From the NCBI GenBank assembly GCA_030141605.1, contig JAQGDQ010000161.1, positions 1-64,000 on the forward strand: DNA of 64,000 nt, written 5' to 3'. The notes under the pieces were generated by a model. It was given only the letters and a program-made list of their open reading frames with translations, was not told where the DNA came from and searched no databases. This DNA is from Tubiluchus corallicola. Lineage: Eukaryota > Animalia > Priapulida. Below are positions 1 to 40,539 of the stretch, in pieces; within the stretch, counting starts at the first letter, position 1, and each line of letters begins with the position of its first letter. The position numbers and the translations under genes were made by a program.

Positions 1-1332
1 AACAATTCAATTCACGTAGCTATTGCAAGTCATGAAGTTGATCATAAAAGTATCCGAAGTGACGTCTTGTCGGCCAACGCCCCGACAAAGACAAAATCAA
101 TTGGCCTTTTAGCTGAGTCGGCCATTTAACCACTATCTCCGTAACCTCGTGGAATAATCTGCACCTCTCAAGTTATACCTGTCGTGACCCAGTTAATCAT
201 CCAATCACAGCAGTACTATAGGTATGAGATCATGAAGCCAGAATTTGGTCCAAAAAGTTGAACTGTAACATTTCTTTGTTGAACTCCCGATAGGTGGAGC
301 CACCAGTTTATAACGTTTACCAAATTCGGTTAATTAGTTATTAATGACAGGTTCAATACAATACATTCAGATATAGCTAATAGTTTTTTTCAAATGCCAC
401 GTAAACGTGTTATTACAGTTAAATGGCTATTCGTTTTAATCTGCTAAGCACGACCGTGACAGTCATCAACCTCACCAAGTCTGTGATATTTGAGATTCAG
501 CTGATTTTTTACAACATTGCACATGATTCACAGAGCTGTTGAAGGAAAAAGACGAATTTTGTTGTAATTGTGGCTTCCTAGACGTTTCCAACGTTGCAGT
601 GAGACACAGTAGGCAGAACATGTGAAATGTTTCAAGTTTTAAAGTGACTTTTAGCCACATAAACTTTTTGAAGCTCCACAGATAATAACCTGTAAATAAA
701 CAAATTGGCAATTTAAAAAATAAAATCTTTTTCAACATTCAAAACATTCAAGACCAAGGCCAGCATCTGTTCTCCTGCAACACCAAGTACTCCTGAGAGA
801 CTTCAATTTTAATCTTTATGTCCAGAATCCAGACACAATTTTCGTCATTTGTTTCTCAGTGGCGAATTCTGCGTTTGACCCCCTAAGAGGGAAAAACATG
901 AGCAAAATATTTTTGAAAATCTAGCAAGAACAAGTGAGGCACTTCCTTGAAAAAAATAACTAAGACACAAAAGCCTGTTGGACTATAACAAATAGCTGTG
1001 TGTAAAGTCAAGTTAACAGACATTATCTGTCACAATGATGCTGCATCTGCTTTTTGATAGTCAGGTGGTTTCTACCTTGGCAAAACTAGAAAGCTAAAAC
1101 ACGGATTTTGGCATTGTTCATTTTATCTGAATTAAACACTTCCGTGCTGTGGCGCCACCTGCCCAAGATTATTAAAATTAAATTAAACTAAGCAAGCAGG
1201 TTAAGTAATTAACCGCACATTTTTTATGCAATCGCACTTATTTACTTATTTTCTGCACAACCGCACTTTTTTGCTGACAATCACAACAACTGCCACACTT
1301 AATTACTTACATTCTGTGCAACCGCACTTTTT

Positions 1333-1776
1333 ACTGTCATACATGCTGTACTGCCTAACCTGCCATACTGTCAAACCTACCAACTCGCCATACTGTCAAA
1401 CCTGCAAATCCCGCCATACTGTCAAACCTGCCAAACCCGCCATACTGTCAAACCTGCAAACTCGCCATACTGTTAAAACTGCCAAACCCGCCATACTGTC
1501 AAACCTGCAAAACCAGCCATACTGTCAAAGCTGCCAAACCCGCCATACTGCAAAACCTGCAAAACCCGCCATACTGTCATACCTGCCATACCCACCATAC
1601 TGAAAAACCTGCCAAACCGCCATATTGTCAAACCTGCCAACCCACCATACTGTGAAAGCTGTCAAACCCGCCATACTGTCAAACCTGCAAAACCCGCCAT
1701 ACTGTCAAAGCTGCCAAACCCGCCATACTGTTAAACCTGTCAAACCCGTCATACTGTCAAACCTGCAAAACCCGCA
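1333..1776. repeat. 26-bp minisatellite (about 16-17 copies)
   Basis: Unit actgtcaaacctgc(a/c)aaacccgccat; explains the ORFs 1226-1807. Confidence 0.92.
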
Positions 1777-2794
1777 CATGTATCCAAACAACATTATCAT
1801 TGCATGATAGATCACAGCCCTACAAGACCCATTTATATAAATTAAAGTAACTGATTTAAAATGATTGCACATAGGATTAACACTTACCATAAAACATAGG
1901 CAGGACAGTTATAAAGACAGAATTAGCTTGCTGATGCCTGACATAAATTTATAAAGCAAATTCATACTCCATGCAATATTCCAGGCGAATCACGTCGATG
2001 ACGTCACGAAGTGGCGCGTATTTCTAAATCAAGATGGCGAAACGTGATCAGTTTTCTGTGAGAAATTTGAAAGTTAAGTTGCTGCTTTCAACCCAACGAA
2101 GCTTTAAATTCAATGAAAAGCCAGGCGATTTTTCACTTTTACTGTGAGAACGTTAATTTAAAACTTGTTTTATGAAATGCCACCATTCCATTCTTAAATC
2201 ACCTTGCAGCCACAATCCACTTATTAGACAAAATAGAAGACTAAAGCGTGATTACTTCTGTGGTTAAGTGCAAAGAATAAATTGTTTTGTACAGACAACA
2301 AAATTTTCAATTTTTTAACAAAATCACACATTTTGCACTTAAAATCAATATTACACTTCACTAAAAACTGTTCTGTTTTTTCTTGGAGCACTGCTCACAC
2401 TCATAGCAAGACCGCAAAGCAAATGATTTGCTTGAGTTGTCTCGTCTTCACGCATCTGAAAGTTACGCCTATAAACTGACGTGTTGGAGTTGATCACCAT
2501 GACAGCTTTTTAACGCCGCCTCAAATTCTTCACCACTAGAAATATGGCGCTAACAATTTTTGCCTAAACATTTTTAATAAACGCAAAGTTCCTTTACTTT
2601 TAAGTGCAATCTATTTGCACAAGTTGACCATCTTACTACCAAATCTTTTCTTCCTTTTAAGAACCTAAATAAGCTTCAATAATTTGTTATTGCAGGATAA
2701 TAAGACCTGCTTAATCTTTGTTACAGTTATGGTCAAAATAAAAGACCTGCATTGTGTGCTGAGCGTAGAGCACGTCAACTGAACTTGTGTCATC

Positions 2795-2966
2795 CAACAA
2801 CAGTAGAAATTAGGAACAACAATAGTAGAAATTAAGAACAACAATAGTAGAAATTAAGAACAACAATAGTAGAAATTAAGAACAACAATAGTAGAAATTA
2901 AGAACAACAATAGTAGAAATTAAGAACAACAATAGTAGAAATTAAGAACAACAATAATAGAAATTA
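2795..2966. repeat. 22-bp minisatellite
   Basis: Unit aacaacaatagtagaaattaag, about 7.5 copies. Confidence 0.92.
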
Positions 2967-4662
2967 AAAGTAACAACAGCAGCAAGTCCTTTCTTTCTTC
3001 TCTCTTCTTCTCTTCTCTCCTCTCCTCTCTTCTCTTCTCGTCTCCCGCCATCCCCTCTCCTCGATTCGTCTCACTTCTCTCTTCTCGTCTCCTCTCCACC
3101 TCTCCTTTCCTCTCTCCTCCTCTACTCTCTGCCCAATTAGGTCGAAGAATGTCAAATGTGGACATCATGCACACCTTTCCGATTTCCGATCTCCTCTCCT
3201 GTCTTGTCCTCTACTCTCCTTTTGTCTCGTCTTCTGTCCTCTCTTTTCCTCTTCTTTTTATCACTATGTTATCTATGTAACATTGTATTAAGACTGTGAA
3301 CAGATTTTTCCCCAATACACAGGCACATCCTAAGCTAGCGGTTTGAACAGCTATCCCAGAAGAGAGGTATCCCAATTTTATAATAACGCTGGTAAACACA
3401 TGGTGAAGTCCCGACCAAGTAAGCTTTTATAGTAGCAGGACTTCACCACTGCTGTACAGTTTAAACGTTAACTTGTTATACTGAAACCAAAAGTAGTCAT
3501 TCCTTAAATGGCATAAATAATGAGTAAGCAATAAAAATATACTTTGTCTCAGTATGAATAAAAATAAATTGAAAAAAATCTCAAAATAAGCATGCACAAA
3601 ATGATTTAGATATTTAGATACAAACGTCCGATGTAAAGCACGTATTAAATATATCACTTCCACACTCAAAAGGGTTTAATCAAACTGCAGAGATACAAAA
3701 ACCTAAACTAGTTTCAAAAGAGAAGACCAATTGTTTGCACACTATAAGCTACAATTGCACACGTTTTTACGATATTCTCAATGAGAGCAAAAGATCTAGC
3801 TATAAGTACGAAAAGGTTTTTAAATTTCAGCATTACTATTTTTTAATTAATGATACAATGTTCAATTTGAGTAGTTAATATTGTGTTGTATATTTCTATA
3901 ATACACGCTGGCTAAAGATCAATAAATAACTCGTACGCTTACACAAAAGCTCGTATATACATAATACATAATATATTATTAGACTAAGGTTAACCCTAAT
4001 TCTCAAACGGTCATAAGAAATAATACACTACTGTCTTTCGTATAAAAAGTTCTTATTGTAAGTAGAACTTCGGCACAAAAGATAAGACTAGACTACTCAC
4101 TGTATAAAAAATCACTATTTTTACATAGCTACACTAAATAGAATCACAGTCGTATTAAATGAACAAAAGAATTAGTATTTATGGGAATATATTTCCTTGT
4201 TCTTTTAAATCATGCCTATACGTTCTTTTTTTGTGAATTTCTCTGATATATTTGGGGTCTTCGCTGTATGAATATGCATTATACATGTTATTCACTAATA
4301 CAATTAAAGATGTTCATAAGGCAAATTACAGAAGTTTTCAAAGTTTTCCTGTACACACATTTACAGGTTTACCAAGTATACCAAAACTTGTTGATACAAT
4401 GTCGAATCGAATTGCACAAATAATGCCAAGGAAAAAGAATTATACATACCATATATGGGCAGGAATGTTGGGAAATGTTTTATGTAAGAAATACTTTTAT
4501 TTGGGGATTACACAATGTTCCATGCAGCTTTATTGCTTATAGTGAAAAAATGTTTTTTTCTTAGCAACAGTAAAAAAAACTTTCGTGCTCACTCCACCCA
4601 CGTTTACCAGCCTAGGCATCCAGTTAAAATCTAGGAAACTGACTACACATGTATCAGTGTAT

Positions 4663-32724
<28,062 letters not shown>

Positions 32725-32991
32725 GTTCGATCTGAGAAACAAAATGTCACACTTAATACTTTAACTTTATATTAAACTTAATGAACACATTAGCTGAAAC
32801 CTAAGTGAAGTAAAAGCTGACCTGACTAAGTGAGTAAAAAGTGACGAAACTTCTTTTTCGTGTACTCTTTTCAGATTTCAATAAATTAATCAGAGAAATA
32901 AGGTACTCGTTTCTTACGTTGCAAATAAATGTTTTCAACCTATCTATCTAGTAGCGAGAAGATCTGTTTGTGACTAAAGCACCTATCTTAC

Positions 32992-33295
32992 CTTTACTTG
33001 TTGTTGCTCAACCCAATACGTTGATTTCATTCACAGACACGCTAAGCGAAGCCAAGGCACGTGGCAGCCAGGTTTGGAAATTGCTTCTTAACTGTGATAA
33101 CCCTCCATCCACGGTGTTTACTTGCGTTGTTTACGTTAGCTAAGTTTAATAGCATCTCTTAGGTTTGCGGGAAACCTTTGCAGAGAGATGCAGCGGCTCG
33201 TACAAAGCTACTGATGATGCGAAGGTGATTCGGCTGCTAATTCAGATGCTGAACAAACTGAGCTTTCGTTGATGTTGGCTTAACTACCATATTCC
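32992..33295 (-). other. putative non-coding 5' UTR exon of ADAMTS
   Basis: ttttttatttaaag acceptor and AAG|gtaaga donor just upstream of the ATG exon; no ADAMTS-like reading frame seen. Confidence 0.4.
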
Positions 33296-34299
33296 TTTAA
33301 ATAAAAAACGACACAATAATTTATCAAAGTATTAGAAATCAAACCTTATCCCGGGCTGTCACATTACTGAAGTTATTAATGACAGTATGATATGACCTGG
33401 AACTAAATCCTGAATAGTTGATAAATCAGCTGAATTAGCCGTGAATTATTACAGATAGCTTGACATTTTGCGAACACATTTGAACCAAGTTGTCATGCAA
33501 ACTGCATTAAAATACAGTAAACAATCAGAATAATCACTTAATAAATCCACTGTTATGTTATCTACATTTGCTAATCCTGAGCCAAAACGAATTGAGTGCT
33601 ATGATAGTGTAATAAAGAGAAACCGAAACAATGCTAACTAAGTAGATTTCAAAAACCAACTCATGTAAATGACGTTAAATTCTTTAATTCAAATTTTGTA
33701 TACTCACGTCCCTAATAACTGAAAAAGAACAATTATAAATTCGCAACTCATAAATAGTAAATTAAAACGGCAATCTGTACAAGTAATTTTTGGTAGGTAT
33801 TATATACGAACGTATTGTGTATATTGTGATAGTTGATGAAAATTTTATCATACATTGATTATGTATTTTACTTATTGTAGTATACCTATGTATTGTGTAT
33901 AACACATATGTATTGCATAACACATATGTATTGTGTTATGTATTATGTATTATGTGCATATTGTAATGTACTTCACTAATCGCATGGTGCCCATGTATAG
34001 TGTCGTGAACCTACTGTATTTATGTATGTAATTTCGTTTAGTTTTAATTTTTATGTACTAATAGTTTATAGTTTTGTACAAGATGAATTTGCCTTTAACA
34101 GTGTTTTAGTATTGAAAATATTTTTAACAATGAGGATTGTGATTTTATTGTAATTTATTTTATTGCAAGTAAAGTACATATGCATATGTATGTCAACGTC
34201 AAAATGGTTATATCAAATTATGAAATTTTTAAACAAAGCTTTGCTTAGTTTATTCATTTATCCGTTTTACTTTTAATTTATTTCCACATAATTCTTCTA

Positions 34300-34868
34300 T
34301 CTCGAGTTGAACCCATCACTGTTTTCTTGGGCACCGCAGATTGCTGGTTGGCCATTTACTCTATTAAAAAGATGATGCCAAGATAACAAGACGACTTCGT
34401 GCACAGATGGCAAAGGATAAGCTGTAGGACTGTCGCATCTGGATCTTTCTTTAAAAAATTGTCAAAAAGTCCTAGACCGTCAATCAGCTTCTTCGATTTC
34501 AAAATTTACCATACGCCACAAAATAAAACTCTTGATCTTCGTTTCTAAAACCTCTAAAATTTTACAAGAGCTTTCGAGGTGCTGCTTGCAGCCACTCTAA
34601 CAAATTAGCACTGTTCATCGATCCAGCTCTATCGCAACTTCAATTTCCGCCTTGAGAGCTCAAAACCAAAAATCTTTTAAGACTTCGCGAAGCTAATCAT
34701 CGTAATTTGCAAACTGAAATAGCTTGAAAGAAAAGTTTGTGAAAAACTTGAGTCACAGAGTTGACATGATATTGCTACTGTCATTTATTATCATTTTAGG
34801 TAACAATTACATTATATAAATTACATGAAATAAAAAAGTGACGGTGCGTTAACTTTGCACAGCATTGC
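34300..34868 (-). mobile_element. possible Tc1 transposon 5' remnant
   Basis: End reads caatgctgtgcaaagt on the minus strand, resembling Tc1-type CAGTxCTGTGCAAAAGT TIRs; coding signal is weak. Confidence 0.35.
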
Positions 34869-35040
34869 ATTTTATTGAACTACACCTACAACTCGTTGCA
34901 TTTCGTTGCATTATACTATGTTGCATTTTACTATATTGTACTATAAGGCATTACATTTAATTGCACTTTCGTATAATCTTACAATTCTTCGCCTTACAAT
35001 AAGTTACAAACAAGTCACAAGTTGCAAGCGTTGAATTTCA

Positions 35041-35480
35041 TTGCACTGTACGAGCCGCTGCATCTTTCATCAAACAATTTCATCAACAACCAAATTAAAG
35101 AACTTTTCAAGCAAAATGCTTTCTTTTCTAGTTAGTACTTTACAAGCATCAATAAGATCTCCAGGGTGCCTTGTTAATTCAACCGTGGTCAAACTGCAAT
35201 ACTTCAATCTTTCTAAATATCTCAGACTTTTACAACTAAATATTATTCTTGTAGCACGCCTTTGCACACCTTCCTTAAACAACATGCGTTTCTGATAATG
35301 GGGATTCCAAAGCTGCACACAGTATTCTAGATGCGGTCTAACCGAACCAATGTATAATTTCAATATAATTTCTTTATTTCTAGAAACGAGTGCCTCTTTA
35401 TCATCCCCAAAATTTTGTTTGCTTTCTTAACAAAGGATACAAATTGCTTGGAAAATTTCAAGTCTAATGTTATTATCACA
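35041..35480 (-). mobile_element. CR1-like LINE 3' fragment
   Basis: LYIGSVRPHLEYCVQLWNPHYQK...EGVQRRATR...YLERLK...GDLI. Confidence 0.8.
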
Positions 35481-36872
35481 CTAAGGTCATTTTACATGTA
35501 CATAAATACATAAGTATATGAATTCTATTTCGTAGGGTAATTATATGTCTAAACTTTCCTCGTCTTGCAACCATTAGTAGCTGCCTGCAAGCTTTGACTT
35601 TACTGGTGTTATACTTTTGAGGATGTCGCTCTTGGAAAGGTTCTTTCCATTTACTGGATTGTCTACACTGCTCTTTATCCTCCCACACTCTTTGTCTTCC
35701 CTCCCCAGTTTATCTTTTCCCAACTTATTTTTTCAGCTTTTCCTCTTCTTCTCTTCTCCGGCTTCTTTTCCTTGCTTTTATTTCCTCTTTTCTCTTCCAC
35801 TGTCTTCCTATTTGCTTTTCTGTTCCATGAGTTTCACACATCACTTTATGCTCCCATCTCTCACATGGAACAACAGAATGCAATACGCAGTATCACTTGT
35901 GAGGAATCTGCTAATGCAGAAAATTTCAGGTATCCAGACACAACATTCTGATACACATTGGCCTCAAGTCTACTCTTATTTTTGAGAATTCCTGTTAAAA
36001 GATGAAACGACCTTAATTTCTCCTTGACTGATGGGTTGGCTTTTCTTGAAATTCTGTACAGCAGATGTTTCTCTTGGGTTGTAGCAAGCAGGCGATCAAG
36101 AAAACATTGGGTACGATCAAGGAAATTTACACCGGACGAAGCTACACGATAGGCTTAGTTGAAGTGCCTGAAAAGGGCGTGTTTTTCTTAACTTTATCCA
36201 ATTAAATCACGTATAAATGTTTAAACAAATAGCATGATTGGATAGCTGTGATTCTCCTAAATCGAACACTACCTAATTTGTAATCATTCAGTAATGTCTG
36301 TGCTCATACAATAGCAGAAAAAATTAGGTCTTACAAGACCAATTTAGAATGGTGCGGTCCTGAAGGAGTTAAAAACTAAAATAAAAATTACTGCCACCCA
36401 ATCGCACACTGACGTTTCAGATAGATGTAGCTATATTTCTCGTTAAAAATACAAATGCCTTTTTTAATTTTATTTTTTAGATAAAAACTAAGAACACTAC
36501 CCACTATGTTACACTATATTACTTCATAAAGAAAGCTAGCCCAAATAAACATGAATAAATATCAGAATAACTGATGAACCGCAACAAAAACAAATTAATG
36601 TCATCGATTGATGACGTCATTCGAACCATGAATTATAGATCCAATCTTGGCTTTTCATGACAGCTCATTTTTTACGACGTCACAAAACCCCAAAACACTA
36701 TAAAAACAAACAGTAAAACAAGCCAGGATACATTTATGCGAGCAGAACATGCTGTCAATGCACTCGCCTTTATCTGAACTACACATCTAGAACGTCTTTA
36801 CATAAACGATAAACAAAGCCAACCGTTTATACTGCGTAATATAAAATTCCTTATGCTGAAAAACTGAAAAAT

Positions 36873-37377
36873 TTAAAGGAAAGAACAAGTCACTCAGCAT
36901 ATTGGGTTTATTTTACTGTTATCACCTAAAGTTAGAAAAAAATAACCTGATTAAAAAAATTTCAGGCGTGGTGTTTGCTGCTATTCACTTGAAAATCGTG
37001 ACGTAAATGGGGGACTTCGCGACTTGGTGGTGGCTTTCCGTAAGCGCGAGCTGATTAAAGTAATTCAAACTTCTGCAGCTTACATAATGTTCACGCAAAA
37101 ATATTACAAAATAACTTATCCAATATTTTTGTAAAAACTTATTGTATTTTTGGTGAAAATTGAAAGTGCGCTGGTTTTCATCAGAACGAATGATGTCATT
37201 GGAAGAAGAATGAGCATTGAAAATGGAGGCGCCCAAGCCTGAAGTGATCAAGACTTTGAAGTAATTTTACTGGTTACATGAGGCGCTTATTGCAGTTTTT
37301 TTACTAGATCTTTCTAACATTTTTTCTGAACATTGAAATAAGCCCTAACCTCCTAGAAGGGTTGACCTTTCCTTTAA
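36873..37377. mobile_element. TTAA-flanked MITE (Kolobok/T2-like), family A copy 1
   Basis: TTAA-AGGAAAG ... CTTTCCT-TTAA; homologous in reverse to 43626-44165 and 48322-48824. Confidence 0.75.
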
Positions 37378-37589
37378 TAAACCAATAATCTGGAGTAAAA
37401 CTTAATAGTTTTTCTAGAATTAAAACTGCAATCTGCAACTGTTCTTTCTTCTAGAATGAAATTTCTTATTTGTGATGATTGCAAACAAGTAGCACTTCAA
37501 ATTTTAGGCTACCTTGGCTATGTTAACAATTATAGTTAATAAACCCTATTACACTAGCAAGTCTTGTATCAACGAGTAACGCTAATGAA

Positions 37590-37781
37590 ACCTCTGCGGT
37601 TGCTAAACTATGTTTTAATCAGCTGAAGCAGATAAAGTTCTACCTTCGTTTTACAATGGGTGAGGATAGATTGTCTGGGTTAGTTTTGCTGTCCATTGAA
37701 AGAGAGTTGACTACTGATTACTTTGCGAGAATTATAGATTAATTTATTAGAATGAAAGCTAGACGAAACAGACTATTGTAG
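37590..37781 (+). pseudogene. hAT transposase C-terminal dimerisation-domain remnant
   Basis: Translates FNQLKQIKFYLRFTMGEDRLSGLVLLSIERELTTDYFARIID*FIRMKARRK, with an in-frame stop. Confidence 0.75.
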
Positions 37782-37906
37782 TTCTTTCATGACACATTTT
37801 TCACAATACTTCTTTTTGTTTTCATAATAACACACACGTTTTTATTATGTTTTGAGATTTATGAGCTTACTGTAACTTTTTATTGTGTTTTAATTTTAAC
37901 TCTATC

Positions 37907-37935
<29 letters not shown>

Positions 37936-37937
<2 letters not shown>

Positions 37938-40213
37938 TTACGAAGACGGGTTTTGACTAACCCCATAATGTTAGTAATGGGTATAGTCGAGAAGACCAGT
38001 AATGCAAATGTACCTGTATAAAACAGAATGCATGCCGTAATTTGACGATTCCAACCTGGCCTTTCTGTCTGTAAAGGTGATTGCTGTAGGTTTGCTGATT
38101 TTTTTATACAAAGTCTGTTCACATGTCATTCTTTTGGAGTTACCGGTTGTGCAATAAAGTTTAATTTATTTTGCATTCGTACTCTTTTTACTTTTCTCGT
38201 CTGCTGTAATACTTTCATAACTTGTATGCCGCTCGATACATTCTGAGGAGACGGATCGGCGCCTGAAAAGGACCCGGATCCGTTACACTGGTGCACATAA
38301 GTGGGATCCGAAATTGCCGCCTGGAATGGATCGACATTATTGGGTTTGGTGAGTGCTGCATTTTGCTTTAGGCAGACAGCTTGTCTGTACTACTCGGCGT
38401 GTTTTTTTTGTGTTTTTGTAGACAGTTTCGTGTTTTTACCTTTTATGTTGAAAGGCAATTGAACGGCCTTTATGCGACAGGCAGCATCGGCCTTAGCTTA
38501 AACAGTTCTATGTTTTTATCGAGTTCCCAATGAGGCGATATTAGCCTGTATTTAGGAATAGGAGACGTACAGCCATTTTGTGACTTTGCATGTATAGCGA
38601 GTCACCGTAGTTTAGTGTTCCGTAATGGCTAGGATGCCAGAACACTGTTTTTAAATGGTAGTTTAGTGTTCCGTAATGGCTAGGATGCCAGAACACTGTT
38701 TTTAAATGGTAGTTTAGTGTTCCGTAATGGCTAGGATGCCAGAACACTGTTTTTAAATGGTAGTTTAGTGTTCCGTAATGGCTAGGTTGCCAGAACACTG
38801 TTTTTAAATGGTAGTTTAGTGTTCCGTAATGGCTAGGTTGCCAGAACACTGTTTTTAAATGGTAGTTTAGTGTTCCGTAATGGCTAGGATGCCAGAACAC
38901 GCTTTTCAACATGGGGCTCTGTTGTGTTCAGCTAGCTAAGATTATGCAGTTGTGAACACTTGATGCTCGTCTTTTTAACTGTACGTCACTGGTCAAAGTT
39001 GAACCGGTTTTCGGTAGCTTTTGCGAAGCCAGAACGTTGAAGCAGTTTAAAAAGATTAATCGTTTTTCTCTACTTTGCTGTTGTTGTTGTACAGCAGTAC
39101 CTTGTTTGTAAATTTGTTTCGTCTTTATTCCTCTTTATGTGCCGAGTCTGTTGCAGTAAGCTTGTCAGTATGCCTATTTCGTTCACTCAGGGAAGACAGG
39201 TCGAAACTTCGATTGCTACACGAGTCTATTATGACGGACACGAGTCTATTATGGAGTACCGTCAAAGACATGGTTTATGGCTAGGAGTACAATACCGTTG
39301 TAGCACATGGCTGGAGTACCCTACACCTTCGCAAGTATCGCAACTACTTTATTTCACCGGGCAGACAGATGGTTCGAATCCCTACCGACGCCCCAGGAGA
39401 ACTTCTATAGACTGTTCACAATGTACCACATCATAGAGGTTGTCTCAGTGCCTCGGAAGTAACTAGTAGAATGTTTTTTTCGTTTCAAGGCCTGTTTTGC
39501 CGATAGCGTGATGTGCAAAGACTGGTTTCTGTTTAAAGACTGACTGTATTGTTTTTTGGGACAGTCTCGCTAGATGGCGCTACACTGCACTCACAAGAAG
39601 TGGATCATTGATCTGTTCCCACAGGAAAAAGGATTATCAACTCACCGTTTTCAGTTTTATGCTGTCATAAACCTGGATAGATTTGCTAAAGCCGGGTTTT
39701 TACATATTTGTACTAGTGCTGTTTACAATTTTGATTATTTTGTTAAACTGATTTGCTCAACTTTGAATGACTTTTGTTGGGTTCAACTAGAGTACAATTT
39801 AATTGCATTTGCATTTGCTGTAACTCATTTGTGGACAAATGGAAATTGAGGAAGGGGTAGTGTTACGAAGACGGGTTTTGACTAACCCCATAATGTTAGT
39901 AATGGGTATAGTCGAGAAGCCCAGTAATGCAAATGTACCTGTATAAAACAGAATGCATGCCGTAATTTGACGATTCCAACCTGGCCTTTCTGTCTGTAAA
40001 GGTGATTGCTGTAGGTTTGCTGATTTTTTTATACAAAAGTCTGTTCACATGTCATTCTTTTGGAGTTACCGGTTGTGCAATAAAGTTTAATTTATTTTGC
40101 ATTCGTACTCTTTTTACTTTTCTCGTCTGCTGTAATACTTTCATAACTTGTATGCCGCTCGATACATTCTGAGGAGACGGATCGGCGCCTGAAAAGGACC
40201 CGGATCCGTTACA
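37936..40213 (+). mobile_element. non-autonomous LTR retroelement (TRIM/LARD-like)
   Basis: LTRs 37936-38287 and 39861-40213 (TGTTACG...CGTTACA) differ by one substitution and one 1-nt indel by eye. TATA-like and AATAAA motifs lie inside the LTR. PBS-like TGGTGCAC at 38289; PPT gaggaagggg at about 39848-39857. No gag/pol; inserted in a (TA)n tract. Confidence 0.9.
38607..38899 (+). repeat. 51-bp tandem repeat (about 5.7 copies) inside the non-autonomous LTR element
   Basis: Unit gtagtttagtgttccgtaatggctagg(a/t)tgccagaacactgtttttaaatg. Confidence 0.95.
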
Positions 40214-40344
40214 ATATATTTATATATATATATATATGTTTTCATAATAACACACACGTTTTTATTATGTTTTGAGATTTATGAGCTTACTGTAACTTTT
40301 TATTGTGTTTTAATTTTAACTCTATCTATCTATCTATCTATCTA

Positions 40345-40379
<35 letters not shown>

Positions 40380-40380
<1 letters not shown>

Positions 40381-40524
40381 CAATTTTTTTATATGTTATA
40401 CTATGTTTTGTTATTTTACTTGGGTGTAGAAAATGCTGAATTTGTCAATATATATTGACAAACTCAGCATTTTCTACACCCAAGTAAAATGGTAAAACAT
40501 AGTATAACATGTAAAACAATTTGT
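40380..40524. repeat. near-perfect spacerless palindrome (about 72-bp arms)
   Basis: Centre tttgtcaatat|atattgacaaa; the arms attttacttgggtgtagaaaatgctga and tcagcattttctacacccaagtaaaat are reverse complements. Confidence 0.92.
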
Positions 40525-40539
40525 CCATTCGCAGGCGAG

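Noticed and set aside
38243-38315. Retrozyme hypothesis: CTGAGGA hammerhead-like core in the LTR
   Set aside because: The following stem (gacggatc/gatccgtt) is not closed by a correctly placed GAAA and no helix I/III fits; more likely an ordinary U5 hairpin.
38607-38899. CRISPR-like look of the 51-bp palindromic repeat array and its 123-aa minus-strand ORF
   Set aside because: Units are head-to-tail with no unique spacers, there are no cas genes and the context is eukaryotic. The ORF is a by-product of a unit length divisible by 3.
39371-39395. tRNA T-arm/B-box GGTTCGAATCCC inside the LTR element
   Set aside because: No D-arm, anticodon arm or acceptor pairing upstream.
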